DNA of 64,000 nucleotides from an uncultured Prevotella sp. (GTDB lineage: Bacteria > Bacteroidota > Bacteroidia > Bacteroidales > Bacteroidaceae), in the NCBI GenBank assembly GCA_946612625.1, contig CAMOEW010000004.1, positions 3 to 64,002 on the forward strand, given 5' to 3'. The notes under the pieces were generated by a model that worked only from the letters and a program-made list of their open reading frames with translations, had not been told where the DNA came from and did no database searches. How positions within the stretch are numbered: the first letter of the stretch is position 1; each line of letters begins with the position of its first letter. A program made the translations under genes and the position numbers. Of the stretch, positions 16,117-27,354 are shown one piece after another.

Positions 16117-17946
16117 TTGAAAGAGTTTATATCCGTATTGAGGCGCTTCCTGCCTCCGTATAAGAAGTTCATCGCGATGGCGATAGGCTTCAACATCCTG
16201 TCGGCGCTGCTGAACATCTTCTCGTTTGCGGCACTCATCCCCATCCTTCAGATACTGTTCAAGACCGGCGACGGCATCAAGCCCGAGCGTCTGATGGAGT
16301 GGAGCGAGGGCAGTTTCAGCGACGTGGCGGTGAACAACGTGTATTACTACATCAACATGTATATCACCGACATGGGTTCTACGACGACGCTGCTCTTCAT
16401 CGGACTGTTCCTGATAGTGACCACGCTGATGAAGACTGCGTCGAACTTCGCAGCCGCGGCGAGTGTGATTCCGATGCGCACGGGAGTGGTGCGCGACATC
16501 CGCAACATGCTCTACGCCAAGATTGTGGCACTGCCGTTAGGCTTCTTCTCCGAGGAGCGCAAGGGCGACATCATCGCCCGCATGACCGGCGACGTGCAGG
16601 AGGTGGAGGGCAGTCTGATCTCTCAGATCGACATGCTCTTCAAGAACCCCATCCTGATAGTGTCGTACTTCACCACGCTGGTATATATCTCATGGGAGCT
16701 GACGCTCTTCTCTGTGGTGTTCATCCCCTGCATCGGCTGGATTATGGGCATCATAGGGCGCAAGCTCAAGGCCCAGTCGGTGAAGGCTCAGGCACTGTGG
16801 AGCGACACGATGAGCGTGGTTGACGAGACCCTCGGCGGTCTGCGTATCGTGAAGGCGTTCTGTGCCGAAGACAAGATGTACAGCAAGTTTGCCCGCATCA
16901 ACGACATCTTCCGCACCGACACGATGCGTGTGAGGATCCGCCAGGAGCTGAGCCATCCCCTGAGCGAGTTTCTCGGCACGGCGATGATTGTCATCGTGCT
17001 GTGGTTCGGCGGCATCCTCGTGCTCACCAACCACTCGCTGTCGGGCCCGGTGTTCATCTACTACATGGTGATACTCTACTCGATTATCAATCCGCTGAAA
17101 GACGTGTCGCGCGTGGGCTACAACGTGCCCAAGGGTCTGGCGTCGATGGAGCGCATCGACAAGATCCTGCAGGCAGAGAACACCATCCGCGAGAAGGCTT
17201 CTCCGACGCACATCGCCTCGTTTGAGCACCAGATAGAGTTCCGCGACGTGTCGTTCCGCTACGGCGAGCAGTGGATACTGAAGCACATCAACCTCGTGAT
17301 ACCGAAGGGCAAGACGATAGCCCTCGTGGGACAGAGCGGCAGCGGCAAATCGACGATGGTAGATTTGATACCGCGCTACTACGACGTTCAGGAGGGTGAG
17401 GTGCTCATCGACGGCATCAACGTGAAAGACCTTGCCATCCACGACCTGCGCCAGCTTATCGGCAACGTGAACCAGGAGGCGATCCTCTTCAACGACTCGT
17501 TCACCAACAATATCTCGTTCGGCGTGGAGAGTGCCACCGACGAGCAGATAGCCGAGGCAGCTAAGATTGCCAATGCCTACGACTTCATCATGCAGTCGGA
17601 GTACCAGTTCGACACCAATATCGGCGACCGCGGCGGCCGTCTCTCCGGCGGTCAGCGTCAGCGCGTGTCGATAGCGCGTGCGATACTGAAGAACCCGCCG
17701 ATACTGATTCTCGACGAGGCCACGTCGGCGCTCGACACCGAGAGTGAGCGTCTGGTGCAGGATGCCCTTGAGCGGCTGATGAAGACCCGTACGACGGTAG
17801 CCATCGCCCACCGTCTGTCCACCATCCGCAATGCCGACGAGATCTGCGTGATCCACGACGGCGAGATAGTGGAGCGCGGCACCCACGAGTCGCTGCTCGC
17901 ATTCGAAGGATACTACAAGAGGCTGCACGACATGCAGCAAGTATAG
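16117..17946 (+). CDS. ABC transporter ATP-binding/permease (MsbA-like)
   Basis: GQSGSGKST, LSGGQRQR, ILDEATSALD; N-terminal transmembrane domain; TTG start. Confidence 0.9.
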   Translation: MKEFISVLRRFLPPYKKFIAMAIGFNILSALLNIFSFAALIPILQILFKTGDGIKPERLMEWSEGSFSDVAVNNVYYYINMYITDMGSTTTLLFIGLFLIVTTLMKTASNFAAAASVIPMRTGVVRDIRNMLYAKIVALPLGFFSEERKGDIIARMTGDVQEVEGSLISQIDMLFKNPILIVSYFTTLVYISWELTLFSVVFIPCIGWIMGIIGRKLKAQSVKAQALWSDTMSVVDETLGGLRIVKAFCAEDKMYSKFARINDIFRTDTMRVRIRQELSHPLSEFLGTAMIVIVLWFGGILVLTNHSLSGPVFIYYMVILYSIINPLKDVSRVGYNVPKGLASMERIDKILQAENTIREKASPTHIASFEHQIEFRDVSFRYGEQWILKHINLVIPKGKTIALVGQSGSGKSTMVDLIPRYYDVQEGEVLIDGINVKDLAIHDLRQLIGNVNQEAILFNDSFTNNISFGVESATDEQIAEAAKIANAYDFIMQSEYQFDTNIGDRGGRLSGGQRQRVSIARAILKNPPILILDEATSALDTESERLVQDALERLMKTRTTVAIAHRLSTIRNADEICVIHDGEIVERGTHESLLAFEGYYKRLHDMQQV

Positions 17947-17978
17947 CAGGCGGCATTTCCGGCGTAGGAGGGATTGAA

Positions 17979-19814
17979 GTGAGAATCGTTTTCCTGATAT
18001 TGACATACCTGTGGACGCTCCTTGTGTTCGTGGCAGCCAAGGCAGCGTTCATGCTGTCGTGCCGCGACGGTCATCCGTTCGCTGCCGGCGACATGGCCGA
18101 CGTCGTGGTGCACGGCATGAGCCTCGACATGTCAACGGCACTGTATATTCTGGCCGTGCCGTTTCTCGTGACAATGGTGAGCGTGTGGACAGGATGGCGC
18201 CGGTGGGTCGGCGTGGTGCTGAAGGCCTACTTTGCAGTGGTGGCGGCAGCGCTGTCGCTCGCCTTTGTCGCCGACACCAGCCTCTACCCCTTCTGGGGCT
18301 TCAAGCTCGACTCCTCGTGCCTGCAATATCTCGCCACCCCCACCGAGGCGATGGCGAGCGTCAGTAGCGGCTATCTGCTGGTGAGGTTGCTGGCACTCGT
18401 GGCAGTGGCGGCAGCGGTCTTCTGCGGCTATGTGCCTTCGCTGCGCTTCCTGCGGCCGTCGCTGAATGCGCGGCAGAAGGCAGGCTACAGCGTGGCAGGG
18501 CTGCTGGCGGTGCCACTGATAGTGATAGGCATCCGCGGCGGCACAGGCGAGAGCACCACCAATGTGGGTCAGGTGTATTACTCCGACAACCAGTTTCTGA
18601 ACCACGCCGCCGTGAACCCCGTGTTCAGCTTCCTCTCGACCCTCGGCAGTTCGACGGGCGACATCGTGACCTACAGTTTCATGTCCGACGGCGAGAGCGA
18701 GCGCATAGTGAGCGAATACTACGACACGCGCAGCACCGGCGGCGACACGCTGCTGACGGCGGCCAACCCCAACGTAGTGATAATCCTGCTGGAGAGCTGC
18801 GGCGGCGAGTTCACCGAGATTGGCGGCCGCCACGACATCATGCCGCGGCTGGACAGCATAGCCCACGAGGGCGTGTATTTCACCAACTGCTACGCCAACT
18901 CGTGGCGCACCGACCGCGGCACGGTGTGCACGTGGAGCGGCTACCCCTCGTTCCCCTCGATGTCGGTGATGAAGATGCCGTCGAAGACGCGCAACATGCC
19001 CAACATCGCGCGGAGCCTGAAGGAGCAGCGCGGCTACGAGACCGTGTATCTCTACGGCGGCGACATCAACTTCACCAATATGCGCGGCTACCTGATTTCC
19101 GGCGGCTTCGACAGCCTGGTGTGGAAGAACAACTACAGCGACGAGGAGCAGCGCACGGCACGATGGGGAGTGAGAGACGACATCACCTTCGGCACCCTCT
19201 ACGACATCCTCGACAGCCGTGGGGCGCGCAAGGGCGACGGCAGGAAGCCGCTGCTCGTGGGATTCTCGACACTGAGCAGCCATGAGCCGTGGGACGTGCC
19301 CGTGAAGAAGACCATCGACCCGATAGCCAATGCCTTCGGCTATCTCGACGACTGCATAGCGACGTTCATCGACCGTCTGCGCACGAGCGACCTCTGGGAC
19401 AACACCCTCGTGGTGATGCTGCCCGACCACGGCATGTTCTACATCGGCATCGACGACTACAGCCGACTGAAGAACCACATCCCGATGGTGTGGACGGGCG
19501 GAGCCGTGAAGCGCCCGTACAGGATTGACGCCGTGTGCAACCAGACCGACCTGGCAGCGACGCTGCTCGGGCAGTTAGGCGTCAGCCACGACGAGTACCG
19601 CTTCAGCCGCGACGTGACGAGCACCACCTACACCAAGCCCTTCGCCATACATACCTTCACCGATGCCCTGGAGATGATTGACTCGGCGAGCTTCATCATC
19701 TACGACCTGAACGCGGGCAAGGCAGTGGTTGAGGAGGGCGTGAAGAACGACCGTCTGCTGCACCGCGGCAAGGCCATCCTGCAAGCAGCGGCAAAAGACC
19801 TTGAGAAGAGATGA
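17979..19814 (+). CDS. LTA synthase/sulfatase family membrane protein (phosphoglycerol/phosphoethanolamine transferase-like)
   Basis: About 5 TM helices, NVVIILLES, TLSSHEP, PDHG. Confidence 0.82.
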   Translation: MRIVFLILTYLWTLLVFVAAKAAFMLSCRDGHPFAAGDMADVVVHGMSLDMSTALYILAVPFLVTMVSVWTGWRRWVGVVLKAYFAVVAAALSLAFVADTSLYPFWGFKLDSSCLQYLATPTEAMASVSSGYLLVRLLALVAVAAAVFCGYVPSLRFLRPSLNARQKAGYSVAGLLAVPLIVIGIRGGTGESTTNVGQVYYSDNQFLNHAAVNPVFSFLSTLGSSTGDIVTYSFMSDGESERIVSEYYDTRSTGGDTLLTAANPNVVIILLESCGGEFTEIGGRHDIMPRLDSIAHEGVYFTNCYANSWRTDRGTVCTWSGYPSFPSMSVMKMPSKTRNMPNIARSLKEQRGYETVYLYGGDINFTNMRGYLISGGFDSLVWKNNYSDEEQRTARWGVRDDITFGTLYDILDSRGARKGDGRKPLLVGFSTLSSHEPWDVPVKKTIDPIANAFGYLDDCIATFIDRLRTSDLWDNTLVVMLPDHGMFYIGIDDYSRLKNHIPMVWTGGAVKRPYRIDAVCNQTDLAATLLGQLGVSHDEYRFSRDVTSTTYTKPFAIHTFTDALEMIDSASFIIYDLNAGKAVVEEGVKNDRLLHRGKAILQAAAKDLEKR

Positions 19815-21745
19815 CAGCAAGAGAGACAATGACAGAGATGTGGCGCCTGGCGCCGGTGCGCGTGGCGTGGAACCTGCTGATGGCATTTGCTGTATATCAG
19901 ATAGCGCGGTTAGCATACTATGCCGAGAACGCGAGCTATCTGACATACACCGCCGACGTGTTCCGCGGCGGACTGCTCTTCGACACCTCGGCAATACTAT
20001 ACACCAACGTGCTCTACGTGGCGCTGGCACTCTTCCCCCTGCAGCCCTCCGACAGCCGGGCATACAGGGCGGTGTGCCGTTGGCTGTTCGTAGTGGTGAA
20101 CACGACGGCACTGGCGGTGAACCTCGCCGACGCAGTATATTTCCAATACACCATGCGGCGTACGACGACCACCGTGTTCAGCGAGTTCGCCCACGAGAAC
20201 AACCTCGCGGCAATCATCGCCACGGAATGCGCAAACCACTGGTACTTCGTGCTGCTCGCCGTCGCCGTGGCGGCGGCACTGTGGAAAGGATATGCCGACG
20301 CCGGGCGCTGTGACAGTGGGAAACGACGGCTGCTGTACCTTGCGTCGTTGGCAGTGTTCGCACCACTGTGCATCGCCGGGATGCGCGGCGGCTTCACCAC
20401 TGCCGTCAGGCCCATCACCATCTCCAACGCCCACGGCTATGCCCTCAGGCCCGTGGATGCCGCCCTCGTGCTGAACACCCCCTTCTCGCTGATACGCACC
20501 ATCGGCAAGAACGTGTTCACGGTGACGAAATATTACGGCGACGAGGAGCTGGCGGCAATCTACTCACCGGTGCACAATGCGCGGAGAGCCGCCACGCCTT
20601 GCGACACTGCCGTCAGGAAGAATGTAGTGGTGATTATCATAGAGAGCTTCGGCCGCGAATATATCGGAGCACTGAACCGCGACCTGGAGGGCGGCAGCTA
20701 TGCAGGCTACACCCCCTTCACCGACTCGCTCATCGCCCACAGCACCACCTTCGCTCACAGCTACTGCAACGGCAGGAAGAGCATCGACGGAATGCCGTCG
20801 ATACTCTCGGGCATACCGATGTTTGTGGAACCCTTCATCCTGACCCCAGCGTCGATGAACGACTTTACTGGCATGGCAGGCCTGCTCGCCGCCGAGGGCT
20901 ACCATACCGCTTTCTTCCACGGCGCGGAGAACGGCAGCATGGGCTTCCAGGCCTTTGCCCGGAAAACCGGCTTCGAGCGATACTACGGCCGCACGGAATA
21001 CGAGGCTGCGCGCGGCAGCGGCGACTTCGACGGCACGTGGGCAATATGGGACGAGCCCTTCCTGCAGTATTTCGCCGACGAGATGACTAAGATGCAGGAG
21101 CCGTTCATGACCGCCGTCTTCACCGCGTCGAGCCACCACCCGTTTGTGGTGCCCGAGGCATACCGTGCGACGCTGAAGGAAGGCCCGCTGCCCATACACA
21201 AGTGCATACGCTACACCGACCACGCACTGCGCCGCTTCTTCGACAGCGCACGTCGGCAGCCGTGGTTCGCCAACACCATTTTCGTCATCACCAGCGACCA
21301 TACCAACATGAGCGACCATGCCGAATACCAGAGCGACATCGGCGGCTTTGCAGCACCTATTATAATATACGACCCGTCGAAGCCCGTGGGAGAGGTGCAG
21401 GACAAGGTGGCTCAGCAGACCGACATCCTGCCCACGGTGATGGGTATGCTCGGCTACGGAAAACCCTTCATAGCCTTCGGCATCGACGTGCTGAAGGCGC
21501 CCGCCGACTCGACATGGGCGGTGAACTATCTCGGAGGCATATACCAGTATGTGCGCTACGGCCACGTGCTGCAGTACGGCGGCGACGGCACGCGCGCGGT
21601 GTATAGCCTCGACGACCGGCTGATGAGGCACAACCTCGCAGGACGATGCAGCGTGCAGCCGCTGATGGAGCGCGAGCTGAAGGCAATCATACAGCAGTAT
21701 ATGCAGCGAATGAACAACGACCAACTAACAGTAAAGGAGCGATGA
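19811..21745 (+). CDS. LTA synthase/sulfatase family membrane protein
   Basis: TM N-terminus, NVVVIIIESF, SSHHPF, TSDH. Confidence 0.82.
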   Translation: MTARETMTEMWRLAPVRVAWNLLMAFAVYQIARLAYYAENASYLTYTADVFRGGLLFDTSAILYTNVLYVALALFPLQPSDSRAYRAVCRWLFVVVNTTALAVNLADAVYFQYTMRRTTTTVFSEFAHENNLAAIIATECANHWYFVLLAVAVAAALWKGYADAGRCDSGKRRLLYLASLAVFAPLCIAGMRGGFTTAVRPITISNAHGYALRPVDAALVLNTPFSLIRTIGKNVFTVTKYYGDEELAAIYSPVHNARRAATPCDTAVRKNVVVIIIESFGREYIGALNRDLEGGSYAGYTPFTDSLIAHSTTFAHSYCNGRKSIDGMPSILSGIPMFVEPFILTPASMNDFTGMAGLLAAEGYHTAFFHGAENGSMGFQAFARKTGFERYYGRTEYEAARGSGDFDGTWAIWDEPFLQYFADEMTKMQEPFMTAVFTASSHHPFVVPEAYRATLKEGPLPIHKCIRYTDHALRRFFDSARRQPWFANTIFVITSDHTNMSDHAEYQSDIGGFAAPIIIYDPSKPVGEVQDKVAQQTDILPTVMGMLGYGKPFIAFGIDVLKAPADSTWAVNYLGGIYQYVRYGHVLQYGGDGTRAVYSLDDRLMRHNLAGRCSVQPLMERELKAIIQQYMQRMNNDQLTVKER

Positions 21746-22743
21746 CACTACGACGAAAGCTATACTATCTGCTGCACAACGGCAAGAACAACCATCTCAC
21801 CTATTTCGCCCGGGCATACCTCAGAGAGAGCGTGCCGGCGTGGCTCTTCCGCTGCCGGAAAGAGCGGCTGCTCGGCGAGATTGAGCGGCGCAGCGACCGC
21901 GACTATATCCACCGCAGGGCCGACTACTACTGCAAGATAGGCAGTGACACGCCCATCGACCCCACGGCATGGCGTGAGCACAGCTGCGAGATCGGCCGGC
22001 AGCCGATGCTGAAGCAGAAGACCTACTTCTTCGACGCCGTGGAGTATGCCCGCTATTTCGACAGCCACCTGAGATGGGCGATACTGCCCGGCGACGTCAC
22101 CTTCCTCACCCCCGTGCCGACGATACTGAAATGCCGTCCGCTGAGAGACGACAACGCCTCGTCGGTGATTCTGAACCTCGACAAGGTGAGGCACTTCCTC
22201 TTCGTCAGCGACAGCAAACCCTGGCGCGAGAAGCGCGACGTGGCAATCTTCCGCGGCGACCTCGGGCCGGTGAAGCCCAACCGCGACGTGTTCATGGGGA
22301 TGTTCGGCAACGGACAGTCGGCGATGGTGGATGCCGCCTCGACAAACATCATCGACGGACACGAAGAATGGCACAGCGGGAAGATGACCATCGGAGAGCA
22401 TCTCGACTATAAGTTCGTGATGTCGCTCGAAGGCAACGACGTGGCAAGCAACCTGAAATGGGTGATGTCGTCGAACTCGATAGCCGTCACGCCACGGCTG
22501 ACGCGCGAGACATGGTTCATGGAGGGAACGCTCGTGCCCAACTACCACTACATCGAGGTGAAGCCCGACTTCAGCGACCTGGAGGAGCGGCTGCGCTACT
22601 ATATCAGCCACCCCGATGAGGCAGAGGCAATCATCAGCCATGCCCATGAATACGTAAGACAGTTTCAGGACAAGCACCGCGAGAAGCTCATCGCGCTGCT
22701 CGTGCTGAAGAAATATTTCGACTCAACAAACCGTAAGCAATGA
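21742..22743 (+). CDS. LPS biosynthesis glycosyltransferase (GT90/LpsA-like)
   Basis: YKFVMSLEGNDVASNLKW, ETWFMEG; ATGA overlap with the upstream gene. Confidence 0.8.
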   Translation: MTLRRKLYYLLHNGKNNHLTYFARAYLRESVPAWLFRCRKERLLGEIERRSDRDYIHRRADYYCKIGSDTPIDPTAWREHSCEIGRQPMLKQKTYFFDAVEYARYFDSHLRWAILPGDVTFLTPVPTILKCRPLRDDNASSVILNLDKVRHFLFVSDSKPWREKRDVAIFRGDLGPVKPNRDVFMGMFGNGQSAMVDAASTNIIDGHEEWHSGKMTIGEHLDYKFVMSLEGNDVASNLKWVMSSNSIAVTPRLTRETWFMEGTLVPNYHYIEVKPDFSDLEERLRYYISHPDEAEAIISHAHEYVRQFQDKHREKLIALLVLKKYFDSTNRKQ

Positions 22744-23603
22744 TTTTCGCACGCGACAAAAGCCAGATGTGCAACAACCTGTTGCAATATGCCCACGTAT
22801 ATGCGTGGGGCAGGGAGCATGGGCGCAAGGTAATATCCATGCGGTTCAGCTATAAGTACCGGTATTTCAAGATCTGCCATACTCCGCTCACCAGCTTCCC
22901 ACTGTATCTCGCGGCAAAGTATGCGGCGGCACTGAAGCTGCTGCCCACGGCAAGCTTCAAGCACGCCGACTGCGACCGCGAGGCACTGGAGCGGAAGATG
23001 CTGCGCAAGAGGAATATCGTGGTGAGCGGATGGAACGTGCGCTTCTACGACCTGTTCCTGAAATACCGGAGTGAGATTTGCGACCTGTTCACCCTCGACA
23101 GCTGCTACTGCGACCCTGTGCGCGTGAAGATGCAGCAGGCCGAGGGTCGTGGTGACGGCGGTGACGGCCGGCACGCGGCACAGGGGGCGCACGACATACT
23201 GCGCTTAGGCGTGCATATCCGCCGCGGCGACTATGCCGCCTGGGGCGACGGCCGCTATTTCTACAGCGACGAAGTGTTTGCGGAGTTTATACGGCGCTTT
23301 GCCGCGCTGCATCCCGAGAAGAGCGTTCATGCATATCTCTCGACCAACGACCCGGCGGTGAGTGAACAGGCGTTCCAGGCATTATGTCCCGAGGTTACGG
23401 TACATTGTTTCCAGGGCAGTGCACCCGAAGACCTGTTCATGCTCTCGGAGTGCGACTACCTCATCGGGCCGCCCAGCACCTACTCGCTTGTGGCGGCAAT
23501 GTACCGTGACATTCCGCTCTTCCGCATGGACAGCGCCGATGCCGGGGCAATGACCGCCGACGCCTTCCGGCGCTTCGACTATTGGTTCAGGAGAATCGTC
23601 TGA
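22740..23603 (+). CDS. GT11-like (alpha-1,2-fucosyltransferase family) glycosyltransferase
   Basis: GVHIRRGDY, CDYLIGPPSTYS. Confidence 0.72.
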   Translation: MIFARDKSQMCNNLLQYAHVYAWGREHGRKVISMRFSYKYRYFKICHTPLTSFPLYLAAKYAAALKLLPTASFKHADCDREALERKMLRKRNIVVSGWNVRFYDLFLKYRSEICDLFTLDSCYCDPVRVKMQQAEGRGDGGDGRHAAQGAHDILRLGVHIRRGDYAAWGDGRYFYSDEVFAEFIRRFAALHPEKSVHAYLSTNDPAVSEQAFQALCPEVTVHCFQGSAPEDLFMLSECDYLIGPPSTYSLVAAMYRDIPLFRMDSADAGAMTADAFRRFDYWFRRIV

Positions 23604-23608
23604 CAGGG

Positions 23609-24388
23609 CTACTCGTCTTCCAAGGGAATGCGCTGCTTCCAGAACGAGTCCCAGTAGCGGGCGTTGGTGTCGTGGCATCCGAAGGGCATCGTGCCGCGAG
23701 TGAGCTTCAGGCACCATGCCGGCGCCTTCTCGAACGAGAAATAGAGAGCAGTGCGCCAGCGGGGGATGTAGAGATTCTCGCGTTTGCGCAGCAGGATGGA
23801 AATGAGCACATCCTCCATGTGCTCGTGCTTGCCTCGCACGGTGGAGATATAATCTTTGTTGCGCTCCATAATTTCAGCCATCTTGCTGATGCGACGCAGG
23901 CTGAAGCCGCCGTTGCCCACCTTGTGGAACAGGTGGCACGAGTGCATGTGGTTCTCGCTGATGGGCTGCAGGGCAAGCAGTCGCTGCACCCACTGCCCGA
24001 TGTGGCGTTCGTAGAAATTGTCGTTGAGAAGCCAGGGAGCGCCGATATAGTCGTAGCCCTGCGCTGCCCAGTAGTTGAGCTGGTCGCTGAACACATAGGC
24101 ATCGGTCTGGCAGATGAGCATATAGTCGTAGTCGGCAAACCGTCGGTAGAACCACGCGCTGAGCATCATCTTATTGTATGTCTCGACGCTGCGGAAGTGC
24201 TCGTCGGGAAGAGCCATCTCCTGCAGCGAGGGATGCTCGCGGAGAAGATAGCCGACGGAATAGCTCTCCGGGTGGACGATGACAAAAGGATGGCTGCCGA
24301 GAATCCTTACCGCCTGATGGAAAAAGGTGCGCTCCTTGCGATTGAGGTCGCGATAGATAAAGGTGACAACGACATTCTTGTTTTCCAT
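23609..24388 (-). CDS. DUF5672-type putative glycosyltransferase
   Basis: LICQTDAYVF, YDYIGAPW, VGNGGFSLR, PFGCH. Confidence 0.75.
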   Translation of the reverse strand: MENKNVVVTFIYRDLNRKERTFFHQAVRILGSHPFVIVHPESYSVGYLLREHPSLQEMALPDEHFRSVETYNKMMLSAWFYRRFADYDYMLICQTDAYVFSDQLNYWAAQGYDYIGAPWLLNDNFYERHIGQWVQRLLALQPISENHMHSCHLFHKVGNGGFSLRRISKMAEIMERNKDYISTVRGKHEHMEDVLISILLRKRENLYIPRWRTALYFSFEKAPAWCLKLTRGTMPFGCHDTNARYWDSFWKQRIPLEDE

Positions 24389-24407
24389 TGTATGCTCGTT
24401 TTGAGTG

Positions 24408-24507
24408 CAAATTTACAAAACTTTTCCCGATATATGCTCCGGCATGTCTGATTTAACGTATTTTTAGACTGAAAAGCCGCCTTTTCGTAATAATTGTAGT
24501 ACCTTTG
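24408..24507. promoter_or_regulatory. Divergent -7 promoter boxes (TAAATTTG minus at 24408-24415; TACCTTTG plus at 24500-24507)
   Basis: TAnnTTTG consensus just upstream of both divergent genes. Confidence 0.55.
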
Positions 24508-24514
24508 CACCAAT

Positions 24515-25531
24515 ATGCAGACTATTCGCAGGTACGTGCTGAAGATTTTGGCATACATCGTGTTTGCCCTCTTGTGGGTGCTCTCGCTGGTGCCTTTCAC
24601 CGTGGCGTATGTCTTGTCGGACATGCTCTTCGTCATGGTGTATTACGTGGTGAGATACCGCCGCAGGGTGGTGAGAGCGAACCTCACGTCGGCCTTTCCC
24701 GAGAAAGACGGCAAGGAGATACGGCAGACAGAGCGCGCGTTCTACCACTGGTTCTGCGACTATATCGTAGAGACATTCAAGCTGATGACCATCAGCGAGA
24801 GCGAGATGAAGCGCCGCATGGTGTTCAAGGGTACCGATGTGATTGACGCAATCGTAGGCGAAGGGCAGTCGTGCGGAGTGATGCTCGGCCACTACTGCAA
24901 CTGGGAGTGGGTGAGCACGCTGCCACTGTCGGTGAAGAGCAACGGCGTGTGTGCCGAGCTGTATCATCCGATAGAGAATCCCGACTTCGACCGTCTCTTC
25001 CTGTATATGCGCCAGCGCTTCGGCAGCGTGTGCATACCGATGCAGGAGACGCTGCGCCACATGGTGAGGTATCAGCGTGAGGGGCGGCAGCTGATAATAG
25101 GATATATCGCCGACCAGAAACCCCTCTGGCGCAACATCCACCTGTGGGTGGATTTCCTGAACCACACCACGCCGGTGTTCACAGGTTCGGAGCGTCTCAT
25201 ACGCCACGGGCGTCAGGCATTCTTCTACGGCGACGTAAGGAGAGTGAAACGAGGATTCTACGAGTGTGAGTTCAGGCTCATCGACCGTCATCCCGAGGCA
25301 ATGGAGGAAAACGAGCTGACGCGCATCTATATGCGCGAGCTGGAGAAGAGCATACGACGCGACCCCTCGCTGTGGCTCTGGAGCCATAACCGCTGGTCGC
25401 GGACGAAGGAAGAGTTCGACCTGCGTTTCGAGGTAAGAGACGGCAAGGTGTATGAGAAGATTAACGAGGTGCAGTATGCCCAGATGCAGGCAGAGGAGCG
25501 CCGGAAGAAGAAAAAGGAGGCAGGCGCATGA
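24515..25531 (+). CDS. Lipid A late acyltransferase (LpxL/HtrB family)
   Basis: GHYCNWE, IADQ, WLWSHNRW. Confidence 0.87.
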   Translation: MQTIRRYVLKILAYIVFALLWVLSLVPFTVAYVLSDMLFVMVYYVVRYRRRVVRANLTSAFPEKDGKEIRQTERAFYHWFCDYIVETFKLMTISESEMKRRMVFKGTDVIDAIVGEGQSCGVMLGHYCNWEWVSTLPLSVKSNGVCAELYHPIENPDFDRLFLYMRQRFGSVCIPMQETLRHMVRYQREGRQLIIGYIADQKPLWRNIHLWVDFLNHTTPVFTGSERLIRHGRQAFFYGDVRRVKRGFYECEFRLIDRHPEAMEENELTRIYMRELEKSIRRDPSLWLWSHNRWSRTKEEFDLRFEVRDGKVYEKINEVQYAQMQAEERRKKKKEAGA

Positions 25532-26532
25532 AGACGAACCCCTTGGTGACGGTGATTATACCCAATTATAACCACGCACCCTATCTGCGTGAGCGCATCG
25601 ACAGTGTGCTCGCTCAGGACTACGACAACTTCGAGGTGATAATCCTTGACGACTGTTCGACCGACAACAGCCGCGACATCATCATGGAGTATGAGGGCAG
25701 GGAGCACGTGAGCAAGATTGTGCTCAACGACAAGAACACGGGAAACACCTTCATACAATGGGACAAGGGCATCGGGCTTGCCAAGGGCGAATATATCTGG
25801 ATTGCCGAGAGCGACGACGTGGCACGGCCGCAGCTGCTCACGACACTGGCAGGCGAGCTGCAGAAGCATCCGGAGGCCACGGTGGCATACTGCCATTCGC
25901 GGCTGATCGACTCCGACGGCAATGTGCTTGTAGAGCAGAACAGCCGCTATAAGGAGGCTGACGACACGGTGCGGACACACGACGGACGGGCATACCTGAA
26001 ATGCTATCTGCTGGCCTTCAACTATATATACAATGCCAGCATGGCAGTGTTCCGCAAGAGTGCCTTTGCAGGCGTGGACAGAGAGTTCATGAAGCTGAGA
26101 TACTGCGGCGACTGGCATTTCTGGGCAAGTATCTGCGTGCAAGGCACGGTGGTGGAGGCGTATGCCATGCTCAACGACTTCCGCCAGCACCGCAATAAGG
26201 TGACGGTGAGAGCCAGTGCCGACACCAGGCGGCGCATGGACGAAGCCGTGAACTACAGGCACATAGCAGCGCTGGCACAGCTGTCGGCATTTGAGCGGCG
26301 GTGCCTGAGAGGACGGCTGACGAAACGATTAGGGAAGGACATACGCGGGGGCGAGATTCCACTCGGCGAGGCAGAAGAGCTGAAGGCGACATACCCCGAC
26401 ATCTATGGCGGCGGATGGACGGACATTGCACTGTATGAAATAGGAAAGCACACAACGGGATTCCTGAAGTACAGGCAGAAGTTCACATTCCTCGCCGAAT
26501 GTTTCGCTAACGCTAAGAAAGGAATAATTTGA
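25528..26532 (+). CDS. GT2 glycosyltransferase
   Basis: VTVIIPNYN, DDCSTD, WIAESDD. Confidence 0.87.
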   Translation: MKTNPLVTVIIPNYNHAPYLRERIDSVLAQDYDNFEVIILDDCSTDNSRDIIMEYEGREHVSKIVLNDKNTGNTFIQWDKGIGLAKGEYIWIAESDDVARPQLLTTLAGELQKHPEATVAYCHSRLIDSDGNVLVEQNSRYKEADDTVRTHDGRAYLKCYLLAFNYIYNASMAVFRKSAFAGVDREFMKLRYCGDWHFWASICVQGTVVEAYAMLNDFRQHRNKVTVRASADTRRRMDEAVNYRHIAALAQLSAFERRCLRGRLTKRLGKDIRGGEIPLGEAEELKATYPDIYGGGWTDIALYEIGKHTTGFLKYRQKFTFLAECFANAKKGII

Positions 26533-26536
26533 CGAT

Positions 26537-26941
26537 ATGCTAAGGGAACCGGAGATTATCGAACTGCCGAAAATCGGCGACAGGAGAGGAAACCTCTCGT
26601 TTATTGAGGAGGGCACGCACATACCCTTCAAGATAAGGCGCAGCTACTGGATCTACGACGTGCCGGGAGGCGAATGCCGCGGAGGGCACTCATACTACGA
26701 GAACGAGGAGTTTATCGTGGCGCTCTCGGGCAGTTTCGACGTGGTGCTCGACAACGGCAGGGAGCAGCGCACATACCAGCTGAACCGCTCTTACTACGGA
26801 CTCTACGTGCCGCGCGGATGGTGGCGCGAGCTGAAGAACTTCTCGACCAACTCGCTCGGGCTGATTCTCGCCTCATGCCACTACAATCCCGATGACTATA
26901 ACCGCGATTACGAACTGTTTAAAAGAGAAATCTGCCAATGA
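26537..26941 (+). CDS. dTDP-sugar 3,4-ketoisomerase, cupin (FdtA/QdtA/WxcM-like)
   Basis: DRRGNL, RGGHS, GSFDVVLDNG. Confidence 0.82.
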   Translation: MLREPEIIELPKIGDRRGNLSFIEEGTHIPFKIRRSYWIYDVPGGECRGGHSYYENEEFIVALSGSFDVVLDNGREQRTYQLNRSYYGLYVPRGWWRELKNFSTNSLGLILASCHYNPDDYNRDYELFKREICQ

Positions 26942-27354
26942 AGCAATCAACGGTATATGACTGCACCGTCGTGGAACTCGACAAGCATCATCACGAGACA
27001 GGAAACATCACCGTGGTGGAAAACGACGTGACCGTGCCATTCGACGTGAAAAGGACATACTATCTGTATGACGTGCCGGGAGGAGAGAGCAGGGGCGGAC
27101 ATGCACACAGAGGCCTGTATCAGCTGATACTCGCTGCCAGCGGAAGCTTCACCGTCACGCTCGACGACGGAAAGATAAAACGCTCGTTCATTCTCAACCG
27201 ACCGTATATGGGGCTGCTCGTGGTGCCGGGAATATGGCGGACGCTCGACGACTTCTCGTCGGGCTCGGTATGCCTCGTGCTCGCATCGGAGAAATACGAT
27301 GCCGGCGACTACATACGCGACTATGACGAATTCTTAAGACTGAAAAATGAGTAA
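26938..27354 (+). CDS. dTDP-sugar 3,4-ketoisomerase, cupin (FdtA/QdtA/WxcM-like), second paralog
   Basis: [25 protein letters not shown]. Confidence 0.85.
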   Translation: MKQSTVYDCTVVELDKHHHETGNITVVENDVTVPFDVKRTYYLYDVPGGESRGGHAHRGLYQLILAASGSFTVTLDDGKIKRSFILNRPYMGLLVVPGIWRTLDDFSSGSVCLVLASEKYDAGDYIRDYDEFLRLKNE